Assembly (NCBI GenBank): GCA_963718235.1
Contig: CAVQYR010000001.1
Coordinates: forward strand, 1,376,001 to 1,440,000
Source: an uncultured Actinomycetota bacterium
Lineage (GTDB): Bacteria > Actinomycetota > Actinomycetes > JAHEKZ01
Direction: 5' to 3'
DNA length: 64,000 nt
Of the stretch, positions 46,769 to 56,521 are shown in pieces. The stretch's first letter is position 1. Every line of letters begins with the position of its first letter. The translations under genes were made by a program, and so were the position numbers. The notes under the pieces were generated by a model. The model was not told the origin of the DNA, did not search any database, and saw nothing but the letters and a program-made list of their open reading frames with translations.

Positions 46769-47947
46769 ATGGCCGACCGTGACCTGCTCCCGAGGAATGC
46801 CTCGGTGGTCGTGGTCGGCGGTGGGGTGATGGGCACGAGCATCGCCTTCCACCTGGCGGAGTCGGGCGTGTCCGACGTGGTGCTCCTGGAACGCAACGCC
46901 CTGGGCTCGGGTTCGACCTCGAAGGCTGCCGGGGGAGTGCGGGCTCAGTTCTCCGATGCAGTCAACATCGCTCTGGGGGCCCGCAGCCTGGATGCGTTCG
47001 AGCAGTTCGGTCGACGCCCTGGACAAGACATCGACCTGCGTCAGGTCGGATACCTGTTCCTGCTCACGAAACCGGACGACGTGGTGGCGTTCGAGGCGTC
47101 AGTGGCCCTGCAGAACGAGCTCGGTGTGCGCAGCCGGATCGTCGACCCGGCTGAGGTCGCCGCGCAGGTCCCGGTCGCCCGCACCGACGACGTCCTGGCA
47201 GCAGCGTTCCACCCGCGCGACGGTGTGTGCTCCCCGGAGTCGGTCGTGCTCGGGTACGCGTCGGCGGCGCGGCGGCTGGGGGTGTCCATCCGCACCGGAG
47301 TGACGGTGGAGGCGGTCGAGACCTCGGGGTCGGACGTCAGTGCCGTGCTGACCTCGGCCGGTCGGATTCGGACCGAGGCTGTCGTGTGCGCCGCTGGTGC
47401 GTGGTCGCAGGCTCTGGCCGCGACGGCGGGGGTCGACCTTCCGGTCTCACCGCTGCGCCGGCAGATCCTGGTCACCGAGCCCCTCGACGCCGACCTGGCA
47501 GCACTCGTGCCGGACACCACGCCGATGACCGTCGACGCGTCCTCGACCTTCTACCTGCACCGTGAGGGCGACGGCGTGCTGCTGGGCATGTCGTACGCCG
47601 GAGAGACCGCCGGCTTCCGACTCGATCGTGACGACGCGTGGCTGCCCGATCTCACCGCCGCGATCGAACGTCGGGCGCCTCGCCTGCTGGACGTCGGGAT
47701 CGCCCATGGGTGGGCCGGGCTGTACGAGGTGACGCCGGACCACAATGCCCTGATCGGCCGGGACGGTCGACTGTCCGGCTTCTTCTACGCCACGGGTTTC
47801 TCCGGCCACGGGTTCCTGCAAGGCCCAGCAGTGGGCGAGGTCGTGCGCGACCTGTACCTGGGGCGCCCGCCGTTCGTCGACGTCTCCGGTCTGTCGGCAA
47901 AGAGGTTCGCCGACGGCACGCTGCGCCCTGAGCGCAACATCGTGTGA
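46769..47947 (+). CDS. FAD-dependent amine oxidoreductase (DadA/sarcosine oxidase beta-like)
   Basis: VVVGGGVMG, GSTSKAAGGVRAQFS, WAGLYEVTPDH and GFSGHGF motifs. Confidence 0.9.
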   Translation: MADRDLLPRNASVVVVGGGVMGTSIAFHLAESGVSDVVLLERNALGSGSTSKAAGGVRAQFSDAVNIALGARSLDAFEQFGRRPGQDIDLRQVGYLFLLTKPDDVVAFEASVALQNELGVRSRIVDPAEVAAQVPVARTDDVLAAAFHPRDGVCSPESVVLGYASAARRLGVSIRTGVTVEAVETSGSDVSAVLTSAGRIRTEAVVCAAGAWSQALAATAGVDLPVSPLRRQILVTEPLDADLAALVPDTTPMTVDASSTFYLHREGDGVLLGMSYAGETAGFRLDRDDAWLPDLTAAIERRAPRLLDVGIAHGWAGLYEVTPDHNALIGRDGRLSGFFYATGFSGHGFLQGPAVGEVVRDLYLGRPPFVDVSGLSAKRFADGTLRPERNIV

Positions 47948-47960
47948 CTCGGCGTCCGTG

Positions 47961-48272
47961 CTACGAGCGCCGGGCCGTCCCCTTGCCACCGGACACGGTG
48001 AACTCGGTGCGCCCGACCAAGCCAGAGATCAAGGGTCGGGCCCGCTGGATCACGACCCGGACGTCGTCGGGGTCGAGCGATGCTGCGTGGGCCTCCCGGT
48101 CGGTCCAGATCTCGCTGACCCAGACGACATCAGGTTCGTCCGACGTGCCGACGGCGTAGACGAGGCAGTCGAGGTTGCCCCCGAGCAACGAGGCGGCCTC
48201 CAGCAGGAGGCTCTCGAGCTGGTCGCGCTGCCCGGGCTGGACCCGGAATCCGCCAAACAGTCCATAGGTCAT
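47961..48272 (-). CDS. Antibiotic biosynthesis monooxygenase (ABM) family protein
   Basis: PGQRDQL...CLVY...VWVSEIW...AHAASL pattern. Confidence 0.8.
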   Translation of the reverse strand: MTYGLFGGFRVQPGQRDQLESLLLEAASLLGGNLDCLVYAVGTSDEPDVVWVSEIWTDREAHAASLDPDDVRVVIQRARPLISGLVGRTEFTVSGGKGTARRS

Positions 48273-48347
48273 GGGACCAGGCTAGGTGGACGGTCTGACG
48301 ATTCCCCAGGAAGACGCTGGTGCGGGGCCCTGTGGCAGGGTGACGGC

Positions 48348-50156
48348 GTGACTGAACACATCCCCCGATGGGAGCAGCGGGTCCGGGCGCCGTCCTTGAT
48401 GTCGTTCAGCCTGCTCGGCCCTCCCGCCTCGTGGGCGGGTCGCCGGGCCGACCGTGGCGTGGTGCTGGCCAACCCCAGCGGGCGCACCGAGGTGTACGCC
48501 TTCGACGCGTCCGCCTCACCGGCGACGCTGACCCAGGTCACCGACCGCCCGCAGGGCACGGTCGGTGCGTCCGTCGCGCCGGACTCCTCGGCGGTGTTCT
48601 GGTTCGACGACGCCGCCGGAGACGAGGTCGGCCGCTGGCAGCGGAGCTCGCTCGACGGTCAGGACGTCGGACCGCCGGTCGCGCTGCTCCCCGGCCTGGC
48701 GCCGTCGTACAGCTGCGGCATCGTCCCCTTGGACGACGGTGGCGCCGTGATCGGACGGTTGGTCGACGACGGGTTCGAGCTGGCCGTCGCCGACTCCACC
48801 GGCGCGGGCCAGGTCAGGTACCGGTCCGATGACCAGGCCGACCTGTGCGACGCGACCAGTGACGGCACGCACGCGCTCATCGCGTTCGCACCTGGTGGCG
48901 ACTGGCTGCACCTCGGGGTTCGGGTGGTGCGGCTGTCCGACGGTGCGGTGGTGGCCGAGCTGGTGGACCAGGGACGCCACCTCGGCCCGGTCGCCTTCCA
49001 CCCCTCGGACCCGGGCCAGGTGCTCGTCGTCCACGAGCCCGATGACCGGGCCGTACCCATGGTGTGGAGCACCCAGACCGGTGCGCGCGACGACGTCGTG
49101 ACCGGGCTCGACGGTGACGTGAGCGCCGACTGGTACCCCGACGGCGAGGCGCTGCTGCTCACGGTGCTGAAGGACGCCCGCCAGCAGCTCGTCCGGCTCG
49201 ACCTCAGCTCTGGTGAGCTGACGCCCATTGCCGGACCGTCGGGCGCCGTCTCGGCCGCATCCGCGCGGCCCGATGGATCGGTCCACGTCCTGGTCTCGCG
49301 GTCGGACCTGCCGGTCTCGCTCATCCGGGTGCACGGGGAAGACGTGACCCAGCTCATCGAGCTGCCCGGAGCCACACCGGCAGCCACGGTGGCAGCCGGC
49401 GACGTGTTCGCCGAAGGGCCGGGGGGTCGAGCACACGCCCTGGTCTACCTGCCGCCGGATCGCCCCGGCCCACACGCGACCGTGTTCGCAGTCCACGGTG
49501 GCCCGACCGGCCAGGACCTCGACGCGTGGAACGACACGGTGGCCGCGTACGTGGACCTCGGGTACGCCGTCGTGCGGGTCAACTACCGCGGGTCCACCGG
49601 GTACGGAGCCGCCTGGCGGGAGGCTCTCCACCGCAGGCTCGGGTTCATCGAGCTGGAGGACGTCACCGCGGTGCGCGAGCAGCTCGAGGCGGACGGGATC
49701 GTCGACCCCGAGCGGGTCTCGATCGCGGGCGGCTCGTGGGGCGGCTTCCTCACCTTGATGGCGCTGGGCACCCAGCCGACCCGGTGGCGTTCCGGTGCCG
49801 CGCTCGTCCCGCTGGCCGACCAGGTCACGTCTGCGGAGGACGCACCCTCGTTCATGAAGGCCTACGACGCGGCACTGATGGGCGGCACGATCGAGGAGAT
49901 CCCCGACGTCTACGCGGCCGCCTCCCCGATCACCTACGCCGACGCCGTGCAGGCGCCGGTGTTCGTGACCGCCGGTGAGAACGACCCCCGGTGCCCCGTG
50001 CGCCAGGTCGACACCTACGTGGCGGCCCTGCGGGCGCGCGGACGCGACGTCCGCTACGACCGGCTGGCCACCGGGCACGGCCTGCCCGACCTGGACATGA
50101 AGGTCACCGAGCTGCGCAAGATCCTGGACTTCCTGACCGAGACCAACCCTGCCTAG
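48348..50156 (+). CDS. S9 family (prolyl oligopeptidase/acylaminoacyl) peptidase
   Basis: VHGGP, NYRGSTGYG, GGSWGG nucleophile, GENDPRC and GHG motifs. Confidence 0.9.
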   Translation: MTEHIPRWEQRVRAPSLMSFSLLGPPASWAGRRADRGVVLANPSGRTEVYAFDASASPATLTQVTDRPQGTVGASVAPDSSAVFWFDDAAGDEVGRWQRSSLDGQDVGPPVALLPGLAPSYSCGIVPLDDGGAVIGRLVDDGFELAVADSTGAGQVRYRSDDQADLCDATSDGTHALIAFAPGGDWLHLGVRVVRLSDGAVVAELVDQGRHLGPVAFHPSDPGQVLVVHEPDDRAVPMVWSTQTGARDDVVTGLDGDVSADWYPDGEALLLTVLKDARQQLVRLDLSSGELTPIAGPSGAVSAASARPDGSVHVLVSRSDLPVSLIRVHGEDVTQLIELPGATPAATVAAGDVFAEGPGGRAHALVYLPPDRPGPHATVFAVHGGPTGQDLDAWNDTVAAYVDLGYAVVRVNYRGSTGYGAAWREALHRRLGFIELEDVTAVREQLEADGIVDPERVSIAGGSWGGFLTLMALGTQPTRWRSGAALVPLADQVTSAEDAPSFMKAYDAALMGGTIEEIPDVYAAASPITYADAVQAPVFVTAGENDPRCPVRQVDTYVAALRARGRDVRYDRLATGHGLPDLDMKVTELRKILDFLTETNPA

Positions 50157-50189
50157 CCTCGCGCCGAGAAGCGCCCGATTCGGGCCCGA

Positions 50190-51368
50190 TCAGCCGCGAA
50201 GTGGACCCGACGGTGCCTCGCGGGGTCGCAGTGAGCCATGGGTGGAGGCATCGAAGAAGTGGAGCTTCTCGGCTGCCACGGACAAGGTGAGCCGGTCTCC
50301 GACTCGCGGCCGGGCGTCCGGACCGAGCCTCGCCACGAAGCGGGCCTTCCCTGCGGTGAGCACGTCTTCTGGGACCTCCTCGTCGGTGGCCTCCAGGGCG
50401 GCGGCGACCGGTGCCGCGTCGACCGCGAAGAACACGTGGCTCTCGGTTCCCAGCGCCTCGACTGCGGAGAGGTCGACGGCCATGGTCGCGGCCCCGTGAT
50501 CGGCGACCGCCACGTCGAACCACTCGGGCCGGATGCCGATGATCACCCGTGAGCGCCCCTGCAGGGCCCGCTGCTGGACGTCGTTCAGCGGCAGGGTGAA
50601 CTGCCCGAACCGGAGGATCGTCTCCTCGACCACCGCTTCGACCACGTTCATGGACGGCGAGCCGATGAACGTCGCAACGAAGAGGTTGGCCGGCGCGCGG
50701 TAGAGCTGCTGGGGCTCGTCGACCTGCTGGACGGTGCCGCCCTCGAGCACGGCGACTCGCTGCCCCAACGTCATGGCCTCGACCTGGTCGTGCGTCACGT
50801 AGACCGTGGTGACACCTAGCCGGGCGTGCAGGTTGGTCAGCTCCCCGCGCATCGACACCCGCAGCTTCGCGTCCAGGTTGGAGAGAGGCTCGTCCATGAG
50901 GAACGCCGTGGGCTGCCGAACGATGGCCCGTCCCATGGCGACCCGCTGGCGCTGTCCTCCGGAGAGCTGGCCCGGTCTGCGGTCCATCAGCTCGCTGAGG
51001 CCAAGCATCGCCGCAGCGTCATCGACCCGCTGGGTCAGCTCGCCCTTGGGCATGTGTCGGACCCGCAGTGAGAACCCCAGGTTGTCGCGTACCGACATGT
51101 GCGGGTAGAGCGCGTAGTTCTGGAACACCATCGCCACGTCGCGGTCGCGTGGGGCAGCCCGGGTGATGTCGTGGTCCCCGACGATGATCCGGCCGGACGT
51201 GGTCTCCTCCAGTCCGGCGATCATCCGCAGCACCGTGGACTTGCCGCACCCCGAGGGCCCGACCAGGACCATGAACTCGCCGGACTCGATGGTCAGGTCG
51301 ATGCCGCGGACGGCGGCGGTGCCGTCGGGATAGACCTTCTCGATCGCGTCCAGGACGATCGACGACAT
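50190..51368 (-). CDS. Sugar ABC transporter ATP-binding protein (MsiK/MalK-like)
   Basis: GPSGCGKS, VFQNYALYPHM, LSGGQRQR and DEPLSNLDA motifs. Confidence 0.94.
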   Translation of the reverse strand: MSSIVLDAIEKVYPDGTAAVRGIDLTIESGEFMVLVGPSGCGKSTVLRMIAGLEETTSGRIIVGDHDITRAAPRDRDVAMVFQNYALYPHMSVRDNLGFSLRVRHMPKGELTQRVDDAAAMLGLSELMDRRPGQLSGGQRQRVAMGRAIVRQPTAFLMDEPLSNLDAKLRVSMRGELTNLHARLGVTTVYVTHDQVEAMTLGQRVAVLEGGTVQQVDEPQQLYRAPANLFVATFIGSPSMNVVEAVVEETILRFGQFTLPLNDVQQRALQGRSRVIIGIRPEWFDVAVADHGAATMAVDLSAVEALGTESHVFFAVDAAPVAAALEATDEEVPEDVLTAGKARFVARLGPDARPRVGDRLTLSVAAEKLHFFDASTHGSLRPREAPSGPLRG

Positions 51369-51378
51369 GGTGACCTCA

Positions 51379-51479
51379 TTTCCGGAGCGATCGTTTCAGT
51401 CAATCATGACCCGTGTTTCCGCTCGTTTCTAGCCTCAAGCTGGAAGTTCTTGACAGAGTCGGTCAGAAGCGAGCACGAT
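51379..51479 (+). promoter_or_regulatory. Divergent control region: TTTC repeats and a sigma70-type promoter
   Basis: TTTC at 51379, 51394, 51416 and 51426 (including GTTTC-N5-GTTTC); TTGACA(51450)-N18-CACGAT(51474). Confidence 0.55.
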
Positions 51480-51487
51480 CAAGCATC

Positions 51488-52273
51488 ATGGTTGGTCGAT
51501 CCTCGCTACGCGTCCACCGACTGGCGCAGATAGAGCAGATGTTGGCCGTCGGTGACCCGGTCACGGTTGGTGAGCTCACCGACCGGCTCGGCGTCAGCGA
51601 GGCCACCGTGCGGCGCGACCTGGACTCGCTGCAGGAGTCCGGGGTGGCCCAGCGCACCCATGGCGGCGCGGTCCCGGCGCCGGGCAGCTTCAAGGAGCGA
51701 CCGCTCCCGGAGCGCGGCAACGTGCAGGTCGCCCAGAAGCGCGCCATCGCCCATGAGGCGGTCACGATGGTCCGACCCGGCGACACGGTGTTCATCGGTG
51801 GCGGTTCGACCACGCTGCACCTGGCCCAGCGGCTGGGCGGTGTCGATGTGACCGTGGTGACCAACTCGCTGCCCGTCGCGAGTGAGCTGTCGAGGTGTGA
51901 CCGCATCGACGTCATCGTGATCGGTGGCAACCTGCGCACACCCGAGCTGTCCATGATTGGTCCGCGAGCTGTCGAGGCCATTCGTTCCTACCGCGCGGGT
52001 ATCGCGTTCCTTGGCGTGCCGGCGCTGGACGGTGAGCACGGGTTCACAGCCGACGGTGACGCCGAGGCAGCCACGGATGCGGCGTTCATCTCCATGGCGC
52101 GCCGCACGGTGGTGCTGGCCGATCACACCAAGCTGGGTGAGGTGAGCACGACGCACGTCGTCCCGCTCTCGTCGATCGACACGGTGATCACCGACGACGG
52201 GGCTGCTGCCGACGTACTGGCGGACCTGCGGGAGTCAGGGACCCAGGTCGTAGTTGCGGAGGTGTCGCGATGA
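51488..52273 (+). CDS. DeoR/AgaR family regulator
   Basis: GVSEATVRRDL, RTHGGA, K.AIA, VVTNSL and LADHTK motifs. Confidence 0.92.
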   Translation: MVGRSSLRVHRLAQIEQMLAVGDPVTVGELTDRLGVSEATVRRDLDSLQESGVAQRTHGGAVPAPGSFKERPLPERGNVQVAQKRAIAHEAVTMVRPGDTVFIGGGSTTLHLAQRLGGVDVTVVTNSLPVASELSRCDRIDVIVIGGNLRTPELSMIGPRAVEAIRSYRAGIAFLGVPALDGEHGFTADGDAEAATDAAFISMARRTVVLADHTKLGEVSTTHVVPLSSIDTVITDDGAAADVLADLRESGTQVVVAEVSR

Positions 52274-53298
52274 CCGGTCCGAGCCATACCGAGCGCGAGA
52301 TCATGTCACAACCTGAGGTCTGGAGCGACACACTCGCGTCCTGCGAGACATCCAGACTACGAGAGGGCTTCGACAGCTCTCCGCGCGACGTCGTCGTCAC
52401 CGGGTGCGGGTCGACCCACTACCTCGCACTCACCGTTGCCTCTCTTCTCCGCGACGCGGGGGTCCGGGCCTGGGCCGCTCCTGCGTCGGAGCTGCTCCCC
52501 GGTGCGCAGACGCAGGTTCTCGACCCAAGTCGCACGCTCATGCTGGCCTTCTCGCGGTCCGGGACCACCACGGAGACGGTCCTCGCCGTCGAGCACTTCC
52601 GGCGCAGGGGCGGCCTGAAGGTGGTCGCTGTGACCTGCCACCCCGAGTCGGCACTCGGCCAAGCCGCCGACGTCACCTGGCAGGCAGAGTCCGCCACCGA
52701 GCAGAGTGTGGCGCAGACCCGCTCGTTCTCATCGATGCTCCTGCTCGGGCAAGCGATCGCGGCAGCCGTCGGCGGGCATGACGCGTCCGCGCTGCAGGAC
52801 CTACCAGGACACGCGGCTCGGCTTCTCGACCTTGCGCGGGCGCCTATGGCCCACATTGCCCGCGACCCGGGGTACACGAGCTTCTTCTTCCTGGCGTCGG
52901 ATCCGCTCTTCGGCGTCGCGTCCGAGGGGATGCTCAAGCTCAAGGAGATGTCCCTGACGGCCAGCGAGGCCTACCACACGATGGAGTTCCGGCATGGCCC
53001 CATGTCCATGTGCAGCCCGGACGTCGTCGTGCTCGGACTGGTGTCTGCCGAGCGTGCGGCTCGCGAGCTGGCCGTCCTGGACGACATCTCGCCGATGTCC
53101 GGGCGCGTCGTGAAGATCGGCGACCGGCTCGAGCACCACATCCCGTCGTCCCTGCCGATCTGGTCACGGCCGGTGCTCCACCTGCTCCCGCTGCAGCTGC
53201 TCGCCCTCGAGCGTGCGCTGGGCAAGGGGCTCGACCCAGACAGCCCACGCCACCTGACCGCAGTCATTCACCTGGACGTCTCAGCCGAGACGGTCTGA
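52270..53298 (+). CDS. Double SIS-domain protein (AgaS/GlmS isomerase-like sugar-amine-phosphate deaminase)
   Basis: EIMSQP, GCGSTHY, SRSGTTTET, EQSVAQTRSFSSM, LKLKEM, EFRHGP and PDSPRHL motifs. Confidence 0.88.
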   Translation: MTGPSHTEREIMSQPEVWSDTLASCETSRLREGFDSSPRDVVVTGCGSTHYLALTVASLLRDAGVRAWAAPASELLPGAQTQVLDPSRTLMLAFSRSGTTTETVLAVEHFRRRGGLKVVAVTCHPESALGQAADVTWQAESATEQSVAQTRSFSSMLLLGQAIAAAVGGHDASALQDLPGHAARLLDLARAPMAHIARDPGYTSFFFLASDPLFGVASEGMLKLKEMSLTASEAYHTMEFRHGPMSMCSPDVVVLGLVSAERAARELAVLDDISPMSGRVVKIGDRLEHHIPSSLPIWSRPVLHLLPLQLLALERALGKGLDPDSPRHLTAVIHLDVSAETV

Positions 53299-53311
53299 CG
53301 AGGAGGAACCG

Positions 53312-54601
53312 ATGAAACGCTCACGCAGCCTCGCTCTCGGGGTGGCAACGCTGGCCCTGCTGGCAACGGCATGCACCTCCTCTGGCAGCGGGGGAGGGGA
53401 CGCAGACGCAACCGGGGGAACGATCAGGGTCTGGACGCACGTCAACAAGTCGTTCAACAAGGCCTACGGCGAGCTCGCCGACGCGTACATGGCCGAGAAC
53501 CCTGACGTCGCGATCGAGTTCGAGACCTTCGACTACGACACCTACATCCAGACCCTGCAGACGTCGCTGCCGGCCGGAACGGAGGCCGATGTGCTGCAGA
53601 TGTTCGGCAGCTGGACCTGCAGCTACTCGTCGAACCTCGCCCCGGTGCCCAACTCGGTGATGAGCCAGTCGGAGGCGGAGAAGACGTACTTCCCCGGGCC
53701 TCTGGGCGGGTACCTGTGCGAGGACCAGATCTACGGCCTGCCCCAGGAGTCGAACATCGAGTACGGCGCGACGCTGGTGAACACCGCGATGGCAGGTGCG
53801 GCGGGTGTCGGACTGGACGGCTGGGACTCCTTCGATGACTTCAAGGCGGACGCGAAGAAGCTCACGGTCACCGAGGACGGCGTGATCACGCGCGCCGGGT
53901 ACCACTTCACGACCAACGACGGGATGGCCTACACGTTCTTGTCGCTCATCCTCCAGAACGGTGGCAGCTACCTGAGCGACGACGGCACCTTCTCCTTCCA
54001 GACCCCCGAGGCTCAGGCATCGATGGAGCTCATGAAGAGCTACGTCACCGAGGGCATCATCGATCCGACGCTGTTCACCGACACCACGAACTGGGTCGGG
54101 GACTGCTACTTCACCGAGCTGTGCGCGATGGGCCTGGTCGGCCCGTGGGTCGTTCCAGAGTACGCCGCGGACTTCCCGGAGGTCACCGCAGACACCGTGT
54201 TCGTGCCGCTACCGACGCTGGAGAACCCCTCGTTCGCGGCCGACTCCGGATGGGGCCTGACAGTGTCATCGAACAGCCAAGAGCAGGAGCTTGCGTGGGA
54301 CTTCGTGTCCTACGTGGCCGCGAACGACAGCAACGCCCTGCAATGGAACGTCGACACGGGCACGCTGCCTGCGCTTGCGGCGAACGCAAAGGGTTCTGGC
54401 GCCAAGGAGCTGTTGTCCAACGCGGCCTACCTGGAGCCATTCCTGGGCATCCTCGGGAACGCTCAGTACCTCGGTAGCCTGCCCGACCGCGACCGGCTCT
54501 TCTACAAGATCATCGTCCCGAACACCCTCGATGTGCTGACCGACCAGGCAACGGTCGACGAGGCGCTGGCGAAGATCGAGCAAGAGGCGAACCAGCTCTG
54601 A
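53312..54601 (+). CDS. Sugar ABC substrate-binding lipoprotein
   Basis: Lipobox LATAC; CUT1-type binding protein layout; AGGAGG RBS. Confidence 0.9.
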   Translation: MKRSRSLALGVATLALLATACTSSGSGGGDADATGGTIRVWTHVNKSFNKAYGELADAYMAENPDVAIEFETFDYDTYIQTLQTSLPAGTEADVLQMFGSWTCSYSSNLAPVPNSVMSQSEAEKTYFPGPLGGYLCEDQIYGLPQESNIEYGATLVNTAMAGAAGVGLDGWDSFDDFKADAKKLTVTEDGVITRAGYHFTTNDGMAYTFLSLILQNGGSYLSDDGTFSFQTPEAQASMELMKSYVTEGIIDPTLFTDTTNWVGDCYFTELCAMGLVGPWVVPEYAADFPEVTADTVFVPLPTLENPSFAADSGWGLTVSSNSQEQELAWDFVSYVAANDSNALQWNVDTGTLPALAANAKGSGAKELLSNAAYLEPFLGILGNAQYLGSLPDRDRLFYKIIVPNTLDVLTDQATVDEALAKIEQEANQL

Positions 54602-54620
54602 CTCAGGGGAGTTCACGCAC

Positions 54621-55619
54621 ATGACAGCGGACACGTCGGTGGTCCCGGGCACGCAGCGGGCTGCCCGGGGGATCGACGCACCGCAGCGGAGGTTCCGCTG
54701 GTCGGTGCTGATGCCGTCGGTCGGCTATCTCCTGTTCTTCACCCTGCTGCCGATCGTGTGGGTGTTCGCGCTGTCCTTGTTCAGCTACAGCCCCCGGCGC
54801 GAAGGTGCGGGCCTCGGCGGGCTGGGAGGGGACAACCCGTTCGTTGGCCTGGACAACTTCCGGTTGATGTTCGACTTCTCGGGCAGCTCCCAGCTGGCGG
54901 AGACGTTTCGCCTGTCGGTGGTCACGACGCTCATATTCGCGTTCATCGTGCTGCCACTCAACCTGCTCATCACACTGCCCCTCGCCGTGATGATCGAGTC
55001 GGTCGCGCGCAGGCTGCGGCCACTGCTGCGCACCGTGTTCTTCATGCCCGTGCTGGCGTCGGCGGTCGCGGTGGCCGTGATCTGGCAGTACGTACTGAAC
55101 CCGCAGTACGGACTGGCCAACGCACTCATCAGCAAGGTGACCGGACATGTCACCGCGATCGCCTGGCTGAACGACCCGAACATCACGGTCCTGGGCGTTC
55201 CCGTGGCGTTGGGGGCGGTGACGGTCGCCTACCTGTGGATGGACATCGGCTACAACCTGGTGATCTTCATTGCCGCGTTGCAGGGGATCCCCCGGTCACT
55301 CACCGAGGCAGCCGACCTGGACGGCGCCAACGCGTGGCAGCGATTCTGGCTGGTGACGCTCCCGTTGCTCAGGCCCACGATCCTGCTGACGGCCGTACTG
55401 ACGATGATCTCCTCCTTCCAGGCGTTCGACCTCTTCCAGGTGATGACCGTGGGCGGTCCGGACAACCAGACCCGCGTGCTGTCCCTGGACATCTACGAGA
55501 ACGCCTTCCGCTTCCAGTCGATGGGGTGGGCGGCCGCCGAGTCGCTGGTCCTTCTGCTCATCGTCCTCCTCATCACCCTTATCCAGGCACGCCTGCTGCG
55601 GACGAAGTGGTCGTACTGA
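54621..55619 (+). CDS. Carbohydrate ABC permease (MalF-like)
   Basis: FVGLDNF, EAADLDGA and T.GGP motifs. Confidence 0.92.
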   Translation: MTADTSVVPGTQRAARGIDAPQRRFRWSVLMPSVGYLLFFTLLPIVWVFALSLFSYSPRREGAGLGGLGGDNPFVGLDNFRLMFDFSGSSQLAETFRLSVVTTLIFAFIVLPLNLLITLPLAVMIESVARRLRPLLRTVFFMPVLASAVAVAVIWQYVLNPQYGLANALISKVTGHVTAIAWLNDPNITVLGVPVALGAVTVAYLWMDIGYNLVIFIAALQGIPRSLTEAADLDGANAWQRFWLVTLPLLRPTILLTAVLTMISSFQAFDLFQVMTVGGPDNQTRVLSLDIYENAFRFQSMGWAAAESLVLLLIVLLITLIQARLLRTKWSY

Positions 55620-55620
55620 C

Positions 55621-56520
55621 ATGGTCACCGACACCGACACCGACACCGAGTCGTTCGGGGCGCAGGACACCGTCACCGTCATCGCGCGGCCGCGTCGCCG
55701 GCTGCCGGTTGGTCGGGTACTGCTCTATGCCGTCCTTCTCGTTGCGGGAGTCATCGCCGCACTGCCGTTCTTCTGGATGGTCTTCGGCTCGTTCAAGACC
55801 GGTGCCGAGATCCGTCAGGTTCCGCCCACCTTCGTGCCGCAGGCGTGGACCCTCGACAACTACCGTCAGATCCTCGAGGACCCAACCCTGCCGCTGACGA
55901 CCTTCTACCGGAACTCCCTGTTCGTCGCCGTGCTCAACGTCGTCTTCTCACTGTTCATGGCGTCGCTTCTGGGGTTCATCTTCGCGAAGTACCGGTTCCG
56001 GGGGCGTCAGTTCCTCTTCTGGTACCTGATGGCGCTGATGATGGTCCCACCGAGCGTGGTGATGATCCCCAACTACCTGATCCTCAGCCGACTCGGACTG
56101 CTCAACAACCTGTGGGGCCTGATCATCACAGCGGTCATCGACCCATTCGCGGTCTTCGTGATGCGGCAGTTCATCATGGCGCTGCCCGACGAGCAGATCG
56201 AGTCAGCCAGAATCGATGGGGCCTCCGAGTGGCGCATCTACCGGTCGATCGTGGTTCCTCAGATCAAGCCGGCCCTCGCGACCCTCGGGCTGCTCACGTT
56301 CATGTTCAACTGGAACGCCTACCTGTGGCCCCTCATCGTGCTGACCGAGAACCAGAACCGCACCATTCCGGTGATCCTGACGTGGTACTCCTCCCAGCAC
56401 TCCGCTCAGCTCAACCTGGTCATGGCGGCCTCGGTGCTCATGGTTGTGCCCGTGCTCATCTTCTTCCTCGTCACTCAGAAGTGGATCGTGGCGGGACTCA
56501 CGCTGACCGGAGGCAAGTGA
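55621..56520 (+). CDS. Carbohydrate ABC permease (MalG-like)
   Basis: ESARIDGA and WNAYLWP motifs. Confidence 0.92.
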   Translation: MVTDTDTDTESFGAQDTVTVIARPRRRLPVGRVLLYAVLLVAGVIAALPFFWMVFGSFKTGAEIRQVPPTFVPQAWTLDNYRQILEDPTLPLTTFYRNSLFVAVLNVVFSLFMASLLGFIFAKYRFRGRQFLFWYLMALMMVPPSVVMIPNYLILSRLGLLNNLWGLIITAVIDPFAVFVMRQFIMALPDEQIESARIDGASEWRIYRSIVVPQIKPALATLGLLTFMFNWNAYLWPLIVLTENQNRTIPVILTWYSSQHSAQLNLVMAASVLMVVPVLIFFLVTQKWIVAGLTLTGGK

Positions 56521-56521
56521 C

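Noticed and set aside
55627-55650. (ACCGAC)n microsatellite as a phase-variation switch
   Set aside because: The 6-bp unit keeps the frame and only encodes a TDTDTD N-terminal linker.
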